DNA from: an uncultured delta proteobacterium
GTDB taxonomy: Bacteria > Myxococcota_A > Polyangia > Polyangiales > Polyangiaceae
Direction of reading: 5' to 3'
Assembly: GCA_963696385.1 (NCBI GenBank)
Contig: CAVOKF010000007.1
Coordinates: 256,001 to 320,000 of the forward strand
DNA: 64,000 bases
The translations under genes were made by a program, and so were the position numbers. Of this stretch, positions 31,250 through 40,971 are shown piece by piece. Below the pieces are notes generated by a model, which was given only the letters and a program-made list of their open reading frames with translations, had not been told where the DNA came from and did not search any database. Positions within the stretch are counted from its first letter, which is position 1. Each line of letters begins with the position of its first letter.

Positions 31250-33115
31250 ATGGACGTATCTTGGCCTGTGCAGTTTGCGTTTCGGCTCGTGGCCGGCGTC
31301 GCGCTCGCGTGCGCGGCGGTTGCGTGCGCGTCCATCACCGGGCTCGACGCGTACACGAAGGGCGATTGCGCAGGCGATTGCGATGCGGGCGAAAAAGCGG
31401 ACGTCGCTGACTCCTGGTCGGACGCGGCCGATGGCGGGCTCGACGCCGTGGCGCCCGACGCCGTGACGCCCGACGCCGTGGCACCCGACGCCGTGGCACC
31501 CGACGCCGTGGCACCCGACGCCGTGGCACCCGACGCCGTGACGCCCGACGCCGTGGCGCCCGACGTGACCGTCAGCGGAGAGATCTTCGACGCCGCAGAC
31601 GAAAAGGGCGATTCGCCGGATGCTCGAGAGTCGTCTGTCGAGTGCGATGCCGACTCCTGTTCTCCGCCCGAATACGCGTGCGAACGGGGCGGCTGCAACG
31701 CCCCCGGCGGTTTGTGCAACGCCTCGGGCCAGCGGTGCAGTTGTACGACCAACGCCCAGTGCCCGAGCGGCTTGTGCGTCGCGGCTTTGGGCCAAAATGA
31801 CCTGTCGTGCGGCGCACGATGCACGGGCTCGGGCGTGGCCGATGGCTTTGGGTGCCTGCTGGCAAGCCCCGGGATTCCGACCGTCTCCAACTCGGCATTC
31901 GCTTACACGCCGCGCAACTTCGTTGCAGCGAATTATACGCCGCCGACGAGCGCGACGATCATCGATTGCGACACGACATACGACTCCACCGACCACACTT
32001 TCAGCGGCTTTTGCCCGGGCCGAACACCGCCCACCATCACGGCCAACGTGCCCCAAACCGGAGGCCCCGCGATCGACATTCTAGCCTTTGGTGGCCTCAC
32101 GATCGCCACGGGCGTCACGTTGACCATCGATTCGGGGGGCAATGCCGTCCTTTTCGCCGTCTACGGCGAAACCCAGATTCACGGCACCATTCACGCCGAC
32201 GGGAACGACGGGGTCTCTGGAACGACCACACCCGGGGCCTCGGGAGCGGGCGGAGACTTCAACTGCGGGGGCAGCGCCGGGACAAGCCAGCCAGCGGACG
32301 GCGCGTGCAGCGCGGGGGGAGGCGGGGCTGCGAGCGCCAGCGGCGGCGCGGGCGCGGGGGGCGTCGGCGGAAGCCCGGCGCCGGGAGGCGCGGCCAGGCC
32401 CGACACGGAAATCTCGCCGCTTTACGGCGGCTGTCCGGGCGGCACGAGCGGAAGCTGGGCCTGCCGAACATCGGGAGGCGGCGGGGGTGGCGCCCTGCAG
32501 ATATCGACGTCGGGGCTCCTGTGGTTCGATAGCGTCATCACGGCCAATGGCGGAAGCGGAGGAACCAGCACGTGCTTCGCCCAAGGCTGCGGACTCTTGG
32601 GCTACGGGGGCGGAGGGGGCGGGGGCGGCTCCGGGGGCGCGGTTCTGCTCGAAGCGCAAAGTGTCCAGACGATTGGGGCTGCCGTGTACGTCAACGGCGG
32701 TTCGGGCGGAAAACCCGACACGGCCGGCGGTGGCGGTACGGCCACGGGCGGCGCAGGGGGCGCCGGAGGGATGCTGCTCTCGACGACCGGGGCACCGGGA
32801 ACAGGGTCGAGCGCTCTTCGTTGCGGCCCCTATTCGGCGTGCGGAGGCGGAGGCGGAGGCTCTTACGGTTACTTCACCGTGAGACCCATCGACGCATCGC
32901 CTTGTTCGACGTCGCTATCGCCCGCACCGGCTCTCAACGCGAGCAAGACCGCGTGCCAGTGTGTTTCCGACTCGAATTGCGCGAGCGGCTTGTGTGTTGA
33001 CGAGGGTCAGTGCACGGGCTCATGCACCGGCGCCGGCGCGGCCGACATCGCCAATTGCCAGATCCTCACGTCGTTCGCCTGCAGCGGAAACGCAGGCGAC
33101 GCGTGTGGGTTCTGA
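31250..33115 (+). CDS. Cys/Gly-rich surface lipoprotein
   Basis: Lipobox VAC-ASITGLD; (DAV[A/T]P)8 linker; Cys-rich modules flanking a Gly-rich GGGGGGAL region. Confidence 0.7.
   Translation: MDVSWPVQFAFRLVAGVALACAAVACASITGLDAYTKGDCAGDCDAGEKADVADSWSDAADGGLDAVAPDAVTPDAVAPDAVAPDAVAPDAVAPDAVTPDAVAPDVTVSGEIFDAADEKGDSPDARESSVECDADSCSPPEYACERGGCNAPGGLCNASGQRCSCTTNAQCPSGLCVAALGQNDLSCGARCTGSGVADGFGCLLASPGIPTVSNSAFAYTPRNFVAANYTPPTSATIIDCDTTYDSTDHTFSGFCPGRTPPTITANVPQTGGPAIDILAFGGLTIATGVTLTIDSGGNAVLFAVYGETQIHGTIHADGNDGVSGTTTPGASGAGGDFNCGGSAGTSQPADGACSAGGGGAASASGGAGAGGVGGSPAPGGAARPDTEISPLYGGCPGGTSGSWACRTSGGGGGGALQISTSGLLWFDSVITANGGSGGTSTCFAQGCGLLGYGGGGGGGGSGGAVLLEAQSVQTIGAAVYVNGGSGGKPDTAGGGGTATGGAGGAGGMLLSTTGAPGTGSSALRCGPYSACGGGGGGSYGYFTVRPIDASPCSTSLSPAPALNASKTACQCVSDSNCASGLCVDEGQCTGSCTGAGAADIANCQILTSFACSGNAGDACGF
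31441..31565 (+). repeat. 15-bp tandem repeat x8 (CGACGCCGTGRCRCC), coding
   Basis: Directly visible; encodes DAVAP/DAVTP. Confidence 0.95.
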
Positions 33116-33229
33116 CGTCGCTGCGCCAGCGTGGGATACGCACCGACGGGTGCGGCGTGGCACCTATCCGGTGGCGGGCCGGCCCGGTAGAGTGGCTTGC
33201 GCGTTCGAATCGATCGATGGTGCACTGTC

Positions 33230-34357
33230 ATGGGTCTTCCGCCGCGGGCCAGGAAACTGAGGTTTCGAGCCTGGCTCGTCCTGCTGCTCGTGGGGTGCGA
33301 GCGCGACGGCGTCGTACTCGGGCTCGTCGACGCCTTTCCGGACGCGGCGACCGCGGGCGAACCGATGGAAGCCTCCGCACTTTCCGACAGCGACGGCGGC
33401 GAGACCAACGACAGTGGCGAGACCAACGACGGCGGCGCCCCCAGCTGCAACGGGGGCACGGCCGGAACGACCGCCTGCGGCGCCGCGGGCGACAACTGCT
33501 GCACGAGCATCGACGTGAGCGCAGGCACGTTCGACCGCGCCTACACGAACGCGGGGAACGGGGCCACCGGGTTGGCGAATCCCGCGACCTTGAGTGAATT
33601 TCGATTGGACAAGTACGACGTGACCGTAGGGCGATTCCGTCTCTTCGTCCGCGCGTGGACGGCGGGATTCACGCCGCCGCCGGCTTCGGGCAAGCACACC
33701 CATCTGAACGACGGAAGGGGTCTCGCCAACGTCGCCGCGGCGGGGATGTTTGAACCGGGATGGGCGGCCGACGACGACGCGAACGTCGCACCGACGACCA
33801 CCAACCTCGGCTGCGATCCGGCCGACGCAACCTGGACCGACGAGCCCGTGGGCAACGAGGATTTGCCCATCACGTGCGCCAACTGGTACGAAGCGTACGC
33901 GTTCTGCATTTGGGACGGCGGCTTTCTCCCGAGCGAGGCCGAATGGGAATATGCGGCCGCCGGGGGAAGCCAGCAGCGCGAATACCCCTGGGGCAGTGCG
34001 GCGCCAGGGACCGCCAGCCAGTACGCCATCTATGGCTGCTATTACCCCAACGGCTCCGGGGCTTGCCAGCCCACGTCCGTCAATATCGCACCCGTGGGAA
34101 CGGCGGCGCTCGGTGCAGGACTCTGGGGCCAACTCGATCTGACCGGCGAGGTCTATCAGTGGACTCTCGACACGTTCGCCGATTACGTGGACCCCTGTAA
34201 GGATTGCGCATCGCTCTCCGCCACACTGCCCGACCGGGTGCGCCGCGGCGGCGCTTTCGGTTACGACGAAACGGCGCTCACGCCGTCGCTCCGGTCCCAC
34301 ATCGCGCCCACGCACCGCGACGGCAACTTTGGCTTTCGCTGCGCCCGGGTGCCCTGA
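33230..34357 (+). CDS. Formylglycine-generating enzyme (SUMF1/FGE-sulfatase) domain lipoprotein
   Basis: LVGC lipobox; FRLDKYDVT, W.EA.AFC.W.G..LPSEAEWEYAA.GG, YPWG, DLTGEVYQW, GFRCAR. Confidence 0.9.
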   Translation: MGLPPRARKLRFRAWLVLLLVGCERDGVVLGLVDAFPDAATAGEPMEASALSDSDGGETNDSGETNDGGAPSCNGGTAGTTACGAAGDNCCTSIDVSAGTFDRAYTNAGNGATGLANPATLSEFRLDKYDVTVGRFRLFVRAWTAGFTPPPASGKHTHLNDGRGLANVAAAGMFEPGWAADDDANVAPTTTNLGCDPADATWTDEPVGNEDLPITCANWYEAYAFCIWDGGFLPSEAEWEYAAAGGSQQREYPWGSAAPGTASQYAIYGCYYPNGSGACQPTSVNIAPVGTAALGAGLWGQLDLTGEVYQWTLDTFADYVDPCKDCASLSATLPDRVRRGGAFGYDETALTPSLRSHIAPTHRDGNFGFRCARVP

Positions 34358-34464
34358 TTCGCTCCGCGTTCCGCGTTCCGCCGGCCCGCAACGGTCGCAA
34401 GGTCGGTCCAAGTCGACACGCCGACCCGCGCGATCGCGCCCTTGAGCCAGGCTAACGTACGGTC

Positions 34465-35316
34465 GTGGATCGGTCGCCTGTCGTCGAATCCCTTCGTCCT
34501 GCCGCGGGTCTCGCCTCTCATGCGCTCGGGGTCGGCCTGAGGGCACCCCACTACACCTACGTCTTCGAACAGGAGCCGGTCGTCGATTACTTCGAAATGA
34601 TCAGCGACAATTTTCTTGGCTCTGCGCGCACGCCGCGACGAATGCTCGAGCGCGTGCGCGCGCGCTACCCGGTCGTGCTTCACGGTGTCGGCTTGAACCT
34701 GCTCGGGCACACCCCGCTCGATGAGAAATATCTCGATGCCCTCTGCCGGCTCGCCGACGATGTCGACGCGCCGTTCGTCACGGACCATCTCTGCTGGACG
34801 GGTGCCCAGGGCGTGACTCATCATGACCTGTTGCCGACGCCGTACGCGCGCGATCTCGTCGAATTCGCGGCCGAGCGCGCGTGCCACGTGCAGCGCCGGC
34901 TAGGTCGTCCGTTCGGGCTCGAGAATCTTTCGAGCTACGTCGCGTTCCGGAGCTCCACGCTCACGGAATGGGATTTCTATTCCGCGGTCGTCCGTGAAGC
35001 CGGCTGCTGGTCGTTACTCGACGTGAACAACATTTACGTCTCCAGCCAGAACCACGGATTCGACCCGGACACCTATCTTGCGGCGGTCGACTTTTCACGC
35101 GTGCTCGAGGTCCATGTCGCCGGGCACACGCGCGAGCCGAGCGGGACGTTGGTCGACACGCACGACCATGGCGTCGCGCAGGCCGTCTGGGCTCTCTACT
35201 CGCGCGCTTGGAAGAGGGGCGGCCCGTTTCCCACGCTCATCGAATGGGACGCGCATATTCCGCCCATGACCGAGGTGTTGACCGAACTCGCGAAGGCGAC
35301 GGAGGCGCGACGATGA
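34465..35316 (+). CDS. DUF692 multinuclear non-heme iron-dependent oxidative enzyme (MNIO)
   Basis: GVGLR.PH, EMISDNF, LHGVGL, TDHLCW, DLLP.PY, LENLSSY, LLDVNNIYV, EVHVAGH, DTHD, LIEWD. Confidence 0.95.
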   Translation: MDRSPVVESLRPAAGLASHALGVGLRAPHYTYVFEQEPVVDYFEMISDNFLGSARTPRRMLERVRARYPVVLHGVGLNLLGHTPLDEKYLDALCRLADDVDAPFVTDHLCWTGAQGVTHHDLLPTPYARDLVEFAAERACHVQRRLGRPFGLENLSSYVAFRSSTLTEWDFYSAVVREAGCWSLLDVNNIYVSSQNHGFDPDTYLAAVDFSRVLEVHVAGHTREPSGTLVDTHDHGVAQAVWALYSRAWKRGGPFPTLIEWDAHIPPMTEVLTELAKATEARR

Positions 35317-36173
35317 CGCGTGAGGCCCCACGCTGGCTTGCCGATTTTCAAGCCCGCTTTGGTGACGTCATTCGCACACCCCTGGACCGGACGGGCGGAA
35401 CGCTCGCCGCGACGACGGCGGCCTACGACCCGGGTATCGTGGTCGATACTCTCGATAGCCCGACGGGCACGGGGGCCGATCGACTTGCGGTGTACAATCG
35501 CCAGTACTGGTTTCGGCTCTTCGACGTCGTTCAGCGCGCATTCCCGTTGACGTCGCGCCTGGTGGGTTATTGGGTATTCAACGACTACGTGGCGCGCTAC
35601 CTTCGCGTGCGGCTGCCGCGCGGCTGGGAACTCGATTGCGTGGCCGACGGGTTCGCCGCGTTTGTCGAGGACACGTTCGAGTGCGAAGACCCGGCCAAGC
35701 GGTGTGCGTGGGTCGAAGCCGCTTGCATCGACGACGCGTGGCGCACCGTCTTTCGGGCCCCCGAGATCCCGCCGTTTCGCCCGTCGGCCACTCACGCAAG
35801 CCGGCTGCTCGACGCCCGCCTCGTGCCCTCTCCGGCATGGAGGATCGTCCGGGAGCATCGTCCCCTTCTGGAGCTTCGCAAACGGCTCCTCCATGATTCG
35901 AGCCAAGATTGCGTCGAGGTGCCCCCGCTTTTGCCACGTGCACGTTGGTGGGCGCTCGTTCGTAGGGACCAGGGCATCTTGCACATTTCGCTCGAGCCTC
36001 GCGAAGCCGAGCTCTTGGTGCTCCTCGGCGAGACATCCGTCCGTGATGCCCTCGCACGAGTCGAGCGTGAGTGCGCACCCGAAGAGCGCGCACTTCTGCC
36101 CGCCCAGGCGCGCGGCTGGCTCGCGCGGAGCGTAGAGCTCGACTTCTGGAGCGGAGTCCGCGGCGACGGCTGA
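35313..36173 (+). CDS. DUF2063-family MNIO partner protein
   Basis: LADFQARF, DRLAVYNRQYWFRL, FP....G...F; ATGA overlap with the DUF692 stop. Confidence 0.85.
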   Translation: MTREAPRWLADFQARFGDVIRTPLDRTGGTLAATTAAYDPGIVVDTLDSPTGTGADRLAVYNRQYWFRLFDVVQRAFPLTSRLVGYWVFNDYVARYLRVRLPRGWELDCVADGFAAFVEDTFECEDPAKRCAWVEAACIDDAWRTVFRAPEIPPFRPSATHASRLLDARLVPSPAWRIVREHRPLLELRKRLLHDSSQDCVEVPPLLPRARWWALVRRDQGILHISLEPREAELLVLLGETSVRDALARVERECAPEERALLPAQARGWLARSVELDFWSGVRGDG

Positions 36174-36178
36174 CCCGC

Positions 36179-36589
36179 TCAGTCGCAGACGACGCAGCTA
36201 TACCCGGCGCAGGTGTTGGTCGCTCGACACGTGTGCTCGCTAAGCGTCTGGGTTTCGAGATCGTACGACATCCCACGGCACGAATTGGACCCGCCGCAGT
36301 GCGGTTGTATCTCCAGGATGCCGCTCACCGCATCGCACTGCGCCATAAACTCGCTTTCCGTCATGTTCGCTACGATCGTCGCCGACGTAACGCTCGGATC
36401 CGGCGACACTCCTGCGTCGCAAGCGATCGCCGGAATCGGCGTGTCGCCGTTCACGCTCGAAGCACCGGAATCGGAGCCTGCGCTGTTCGCGCTGCACCGA
36501 GAAGTCGCGACGCACAGAAGGCCACCGAGCGCCGCCGAAAGCAGCGCATGACTCGCCGGATGGTCAGTTTCGTCGGGCCACCAAGACAT
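36179..36589 (-). CDS. Cys-rich exported peptide/lipoprotein, candidate MNIO substrate
   Basis: Hydrophobic stretch ending in Cys, Ser/Gly linker, core with HCGGSNSCRG and HTCRATNTCAG; convergent with DUF2063 (5-bp gap); start uncertain. Confidence 0.7.
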   Translation of the reverse strand: MSWWPDETDHPASHALLSAALGGLLCVATSRCSANSAGSDSGASSVNGDTPIPAIACDAGVSPDPSVTSATIVANMTESEFMAQCDAVSGILEIQPHCGGSNSCRGMSYDLETQTLSEHTCRATNTCAGYSCVVCD

Positions 36590-36874
36590 GCTTTGGCCAC
36601 CATCCTAGACTCGCCGTATCCACAAATCCATCCTGAGCGCGTTTCGGCGGACACTGCGGGAAACGGCTGGCACCGGCCGCCGACGGGCCCCGGCCGGTGG
36701 CCAAGGCCACGCGCATGACGGACGTCATTTCCCGGCCCCACGCCGTCAGCCGCGCGAGCCATTCCGTTCGTCGGGACATCGCTGGGAGGGGGCCGCCCGG
36801 ACCGCCGGTATGCGGCGCAACCGCAAGCGCCTCCACGGCTCATGGCCAACCGGATCGTCTTCGGTAGACTGGCT

Positions 36875-38338
36875 TCACCGAAAATCTTGGAAACGTTTGA
36901 TATCTAAAATAATCGCGAATTGAATCAGCCAAACCACGGCCAGTGCGATGCGACCGCGAGACGGAAACAGCCGCTGCAGCGTCAGGCTCGCGACCAAACA
37001 AGCGGGCTGGGCCAGGAAAAGCCAGAGGCGCGCCGTCTCGGCTTTCGTGCGCCCGAACCATGCCAGCAACGCAATGGTCGTTGCCAGGGCTATGGCTACC
37101 ATCAGTGCGGTGGGTCGGCGCGAGCGGACCCGATCCTCAAGTCCCAGCACGGCGCCCACCATCAAGAGGACGGCCAGCGGTGCACCGATCCAGATTGCGA
37201 ATTCGAGGACATTCACCCATGCAAAATGCTGGATTTCATCGATTGTTCCCGTCCATCCTTTCCAGGCGACGTGGGCGCGAATCGCTACGTCGTATCGATG
37301 CCGGACATCGTAACCGAACATCGTGCTTGCCGCGGCCCAGCTCGTCCCCACTCCGACCGCTGCCGCGGCGCACATCCGAAGCGACGAAACGAAGATCGAA
37401 CGGCTGCGCATGGGGCGAGCGACAGCGCCCAAGATGATGCACGCGACGACCAGAGGCGTAGCCGCGATCAGACCGAACGAACAGAACGCCGCCAAGTAAC
37501 CGAGAATGCCGGAGAGGAACCCCATTCGAAGGTCGTCCCGCAGCGCGGCCCATGCCCCACAGGCCATGGCCGCGTTCACGAGCAAGGGGAAGAGAACCTG
37601 GTCGGTGTGCATGGTAATCAGTAGGAACGACGGAACCGCGGTCGATAGCGCACATGCCCAGATCGCACGTTCGACATCGGCGATGGCGCGGCCGAGGATG
37701 AACAGCGGGACAAGCGATAGCATCGAGAAGCCCGGCCAGGTGAACGTAGCGAATGTGGCAAACCACTCCAATCGTTCGTCCGGATCGGAAAATGGCAAAA
37801 GCGATCGACCGATGCGCTCTGTCAGCACGTAAAAGAGAAGCGTGCCCGGTGGCTTCGTGCGTTCGAACGGGCCCAATTGCCCACTCGATACGAGAGCCTC
37901 ATAGCGGTGCAGCACGTCGTGCATCGTCACACCGGACGCGGCGGTCCGTGCGAACTCCGAGTGCCCAGCGTGGAGTACGCGATCCCGGATCGCCAACAGT
38001 CCGCGACCTTCGATCAGCGCGAAACCGACGAGCATCCCGAGACCTGCTGCGGCCAGGACGCCGACGCGCCACCAAGGATCCGCCCGGTTGCGCACGACGG
38101 CCGCGAGCACGGCGAGCGCGGACAACGCGAGGACGCACCAGGCGCTCATGGGCCCGATAGGGCGTGCGATCGGTAAGTAAAACCAGCCCTCGATACTCTG
38201 AAACCAAGGCGCGCGTAGCGAGAGCATAAAGGCCTCGCAGGCCCCGGCGCCGCAAATGCCAAAGGCCACAGCCGCGGGACCTGCACGGGTCAACGATGAG
38301 TGCGACACGCCGAGAGGGTACGGCAAAAGCCAGTCCAT
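36875..38338 (-). CDS. Polytopic membrane protein, GT-C glycosyltransferase-like
   Basis: Many TM segments; TKPPG.LL, DQVLFP, ETARLWLF motifs; start uncertain (ORF extends to 38464). Confidence 0.55.
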   Translation of the reverse strand: MDWLLPYPLGVSHSSLTRAGPAAVAFGICGAGACEAFMLSLRAPWFQSIEGWFYLPIARPIGPMSAWCVLALSALAVLAAVVRNRADPWWRVGVLAAAGLGMLVGFALIEGRGLLAIRDRVLHAGHSEFARTAASGVTMHDVLHRYEALVSSGQLGPFERTKPPGTLLFYVLTERIGRSLLPFSDPDERLEWFATFATFTWPGFSMLSLVPLFILGRAIADVERAIWACALSTAVPSFLLITMHTDQVLFPLLVNAAMACGAWAALRDDLRMGFLSGILGYLAAFCSFGLIAATPLVVACIILGAVARPMRSRSIFVSSLRMCAAAAVGVGTSWAAASTMFGYDVRHRYDVAIRAHVAWKGWTGTIDEIQHFAWVNVLEFAIWIGAPLAVLLMVGAVLGLEDRVRSRRPTALMVAIALATTIALLAWFGRTKAETARLWLFLAQPACLVASLTLQRLFPSRGRIALAVVWLIQFAIILDIKRFQDFR

Positions 38339-38510
38339 GCGAGTTGGACGCAGGCCATGACCGTGGGCGCAGCCCTTCGTGGAAAGGGAACGAGCCCACT
38401 CGGCTACCGTGTCGCACGCTACCTGCACGCTCGGCTCCATTTCGGAGTCATGCACGCTCGGCACGTGGCGGAGTCGATCCCGCGGGTGATCCGCGGACGG
38501 CGCGCGTGGA

Positions 38511-40286
38511 TCAAGGATCGGGCGATTCGCTACGCCAACGGATCGAGCGCACGATCATGCCGAGCAACCGGTTATCCGGTTTGCCCTCCAAGACAGCGGG
38601 GCTTGCGGCGTCCGGGTGTTGCAGGCAGAGGACGTTCGCCTCTCGCATCACGCCGTCCGGCACGACGAATCGGTAGACGTCGAACGCCCGCTTTCGAATC
38701 GACAGATGGGCAATCTCCCGATCGTTCATCGATACGATCAGCCTCTGCTCCGGCAATTTTCCAGGGTAGAGATACGCGCCCAGATCCATCTCGAGGATGC
38801 CCGATCGGACTTGCGGCACTCGGAAACGGACCACGGAATCGCCCCGTCCCTTGGCCCAACGAAAGTCCCGCTCTCCGTCCGCCCACCCGGCCCCGAGATA
38901 CGGGTCGGCTTGCGCCGTTCCGAGAGCAAGCCCGTCGGCGGGCATCGGCGGGAATGGCCCCTCGGGCTTCAGGAATGCCGCAGCAAACTGAGGGTGCCGC
39001 CAGCTCCACAGGCGCTCGGGAGCGAGGTCGACGTTGTTGGGGGTCACATTCCAATTGTTGGCGTCCCACGAGAACGCGCCGATGCCGTTCATGACGATGC
39101 TCGCGACGCACAGCAGGGCGGCCACGGCGTCGAGGGCGACATCGGCGGGGCGTCTCCCTCGAAACAGGCTGCGGCGCGAAGCGTCGACGGCGAGGACGCC
39201 CAGAAGCAGAAACCAAGGCACCAGACTGGTCGTCAGGCGTGCCCCGTAGGAATGACCCCCCCACCAATGCCCGAACCCCGCGAGCATGAAAATGTGGCCA
39301 CCGATGACAAATGCGGCCAGTGCGGCCAGGGCACGAAAGCGGACGTGACGCCAGCAACGGATGAGGGTGAGCCCGATCGCGACAACGGCCGGCACGTAAA
39401 CGAACAAGCCGCGGCTAGGGCTGATGAGATTCCCGATCAGAGCTCCGCGCGGACCGGGAAAATGCAAGCGGCCGGTGGCAAAATAAGCTGGAACAAGCGT
39501 GTGGAAATGAGACCAAGAATAATAGAAAAATACCGACAACCAGAAGCCAAGAACGGCCACGTACGTCCAAATGGACTTCCGATCGATGCGAACGAGGTAG
39601 AGAATCGTGCCGACGAGGACGAGCGAGTTGGTCGGCCGCACCAGGTACGCGAGCGACTGCAGCGTCGCCAAAAGCGGCACGTGAAGAGACGTCGACTTCA
39701 CCCGAGAGCGCAAAAGCAGCAAGACGGCCAGGCCGACGAGCACGATGCCCCACGTATCGGACCACATCGAACGGGAGGCCGTGCTGAAGACCTGAGTGCC
39801 AAAGGTCGACACGCACGCGGCCACGAGGCTCCAGCCGGCGGGCAAAAGCAGCCGACTGGTGGCATACGCGAGCGCGGCGAATGCGGCCATGAGAAGCCCG
39901 GCCAACTTCCGATCCAAATCGAGCTCGCTCGCCGAATCGTACGATCCGTCCGGCGCAACGACGGACACCCCGCGAAAGTGCATCGCCGCGACAAACGGAA
40001 CGGAGAGCACCGAGCTGGCCGGCGGAAAGAAGTAATAGTCATGTCCGTTGGCATGTTCGATTCGGTAGTCGTGTTCGGGCAGCCCGTAGCGGTCCAGGGC
40101 GAAATCCCCGTGGCGAATCAAATTTTCCGCCAGAAGCATCGTGTAGCGCGAGTCCCCTGCCTGCTGGACGGGGGCGCAACGAAGCACGGAGAGGGTCAGA
40201 GCAAAAATCAGGGCCGCAAAAAAAACGTCTCGGCGCAGGGGCCCATTTCGGTTCACCGTGGGGCTCGAGTCCGTGGAGATCGCCAT
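38511..40286 (-). CDS. Polytopic membrane protein, GT-C glycosyltransferase-like, with a C-terminal beta domain
   Basis: GDSRY loop, YYFFP, RPTN, LISPSRGLFVYVP, WWGGHSYGARL; C-terminal GW...E..FRW...D.R.LG domain. Confidence 0.65.
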   Translation of the reverse strand: MAISTDSSPTVNRNGPLRRDVFFAALIFALTLSVLRCAPVQQAGDSRYTMLLAENLIRHGDFALDRYGLPEHDYRIEHANGHDYYFFPPASSVLSVPFVAAMHFRGVSVVAPDGSYDSASELDLDRKLAGLLMAAFAALAYATSRLLLPAGWSLVAACVSTFGTQVFSTASRSMWSDTWGIVLVGLAVLLLLRSRVKSTSLHVPLLATLQSLAYLVRPTNSLVLVGTILYLVRIDRKSIWTYVAVLGFWLSVFFYYSWSHFHTLVPAYFATGRLHFPGPRGALIGNLISPSRGLFVYVPAVVAIGLTLIRCWRHVRFRALAALAAFVIGGHIFMLAGFGHWWGGHSYGARLTTSLVPWFLLLGVLAVDASRRSLFRGRRPADVALDAVAALLCVASIVMNGIGAFSWDANNWNVTPNNVDLAPERLWSWRHPQFAAAFLKPEGPFPPMPADGLALGTAQADPYLGAGWADGERDFRWAKGRGDSVVRFRVPQVRSGILEMDLGAYLYPGKLPEQRLIVSMNDREIAHLSIRKRAFDVYRFVVPDGVMREANVLCLQHPDAASPAVLEGKPDNRLLGMIVRSIRWRSESPDP

Positions 40287-40472
40287 GGGACGGCGCCTAC
40301 GATCGTCCTCGGAGACGGCGAAAGCAAACCGAGTGGAGACACGGGCGCTGTACGCCGGCACCCTCCGTAAATAATGGAACGGGACTTGGCGCGCCGATGG
40401 ACGTTTCGTCGATACGGAAGAGCGCGATGACGCAGAGCGCGACGACAGGTCCGTAACTCACGGACGGCGCTT

Positions 40473-40961
40473 TTAGTGACGGATGTGTGGATGGGCGCCC
40501 GTGTGACGCTCGACTTCGACGGCCCACCGCGTTCCCGGGTACTCGTTCACCATCACCTCCGCTGCCCCGCGCGCCTCGGACAGCTTTCCCTCGCGCGCAA
40601 GCGACTTGATTTCGATCATGGCGCGTTCGGCCGAATCGGGACTCTTGGGAAATCGCCGGTCGCCATCGCGCGCCAAATCGAGCGCCTGCGCGGGATCGGA
40701 ATCCTCCATCGCTCGCAAGCGCTGCATGAGCGACGCTTCGCTGGAAGGCGGCGCTGCCGGAGGCGCGGGGGCCAGCGACCCCGTCGGGGTCGACCCCCAG
40801 GCGGAAACGATCGGCGCCGGCTCACTCTCCTCCGCTGCCGACGCGGGTTGGGCCTCGGCGATCGGAGCAGGGGGCGCACGCGGCAGGCGCCGCAAAAAAA
40901 ACAGGAGACCGAGCATCAACCCACAAGCCAGGACGATGCGGGTCACCGCCTTCTTCGGCAC
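40473..40961 (-). CDS. Hypothetical membrane-anchored helical (TPR-like) protein
   Basis: N-terminal TM, Pro/Ala linker, AL.LAR.GDRRFP...ER....I..L...G...EAR; 10 bp downstream of the GH5 gene. Confidence 0.55.
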   Translation of the reverse strand: MPKKAVTRIVLACGLMLGLLFFLRRLPRAPPAPIAEAQPASAAEESEPAPIVSAWGSTPTGSLAPAPPAAPPSSEASLMQRLRAMEDSDPAQALDLARDGDRRFPKSPDSAERAMIEIKSLAREGKLSEARGAAEVMVNEYPGTRWAVEVERHTGAHPHIRH

Positions 40962-40971
40962 GCCTCATCCC

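Noticed and set aside
31441..31565. Possible CRISPR array (also 42110-42216, 47510-47670, 63491-63615)
   Set aside because: Head-to-tail repeats without unique spacers, mostly in-frame linkers; no cas genes seen.
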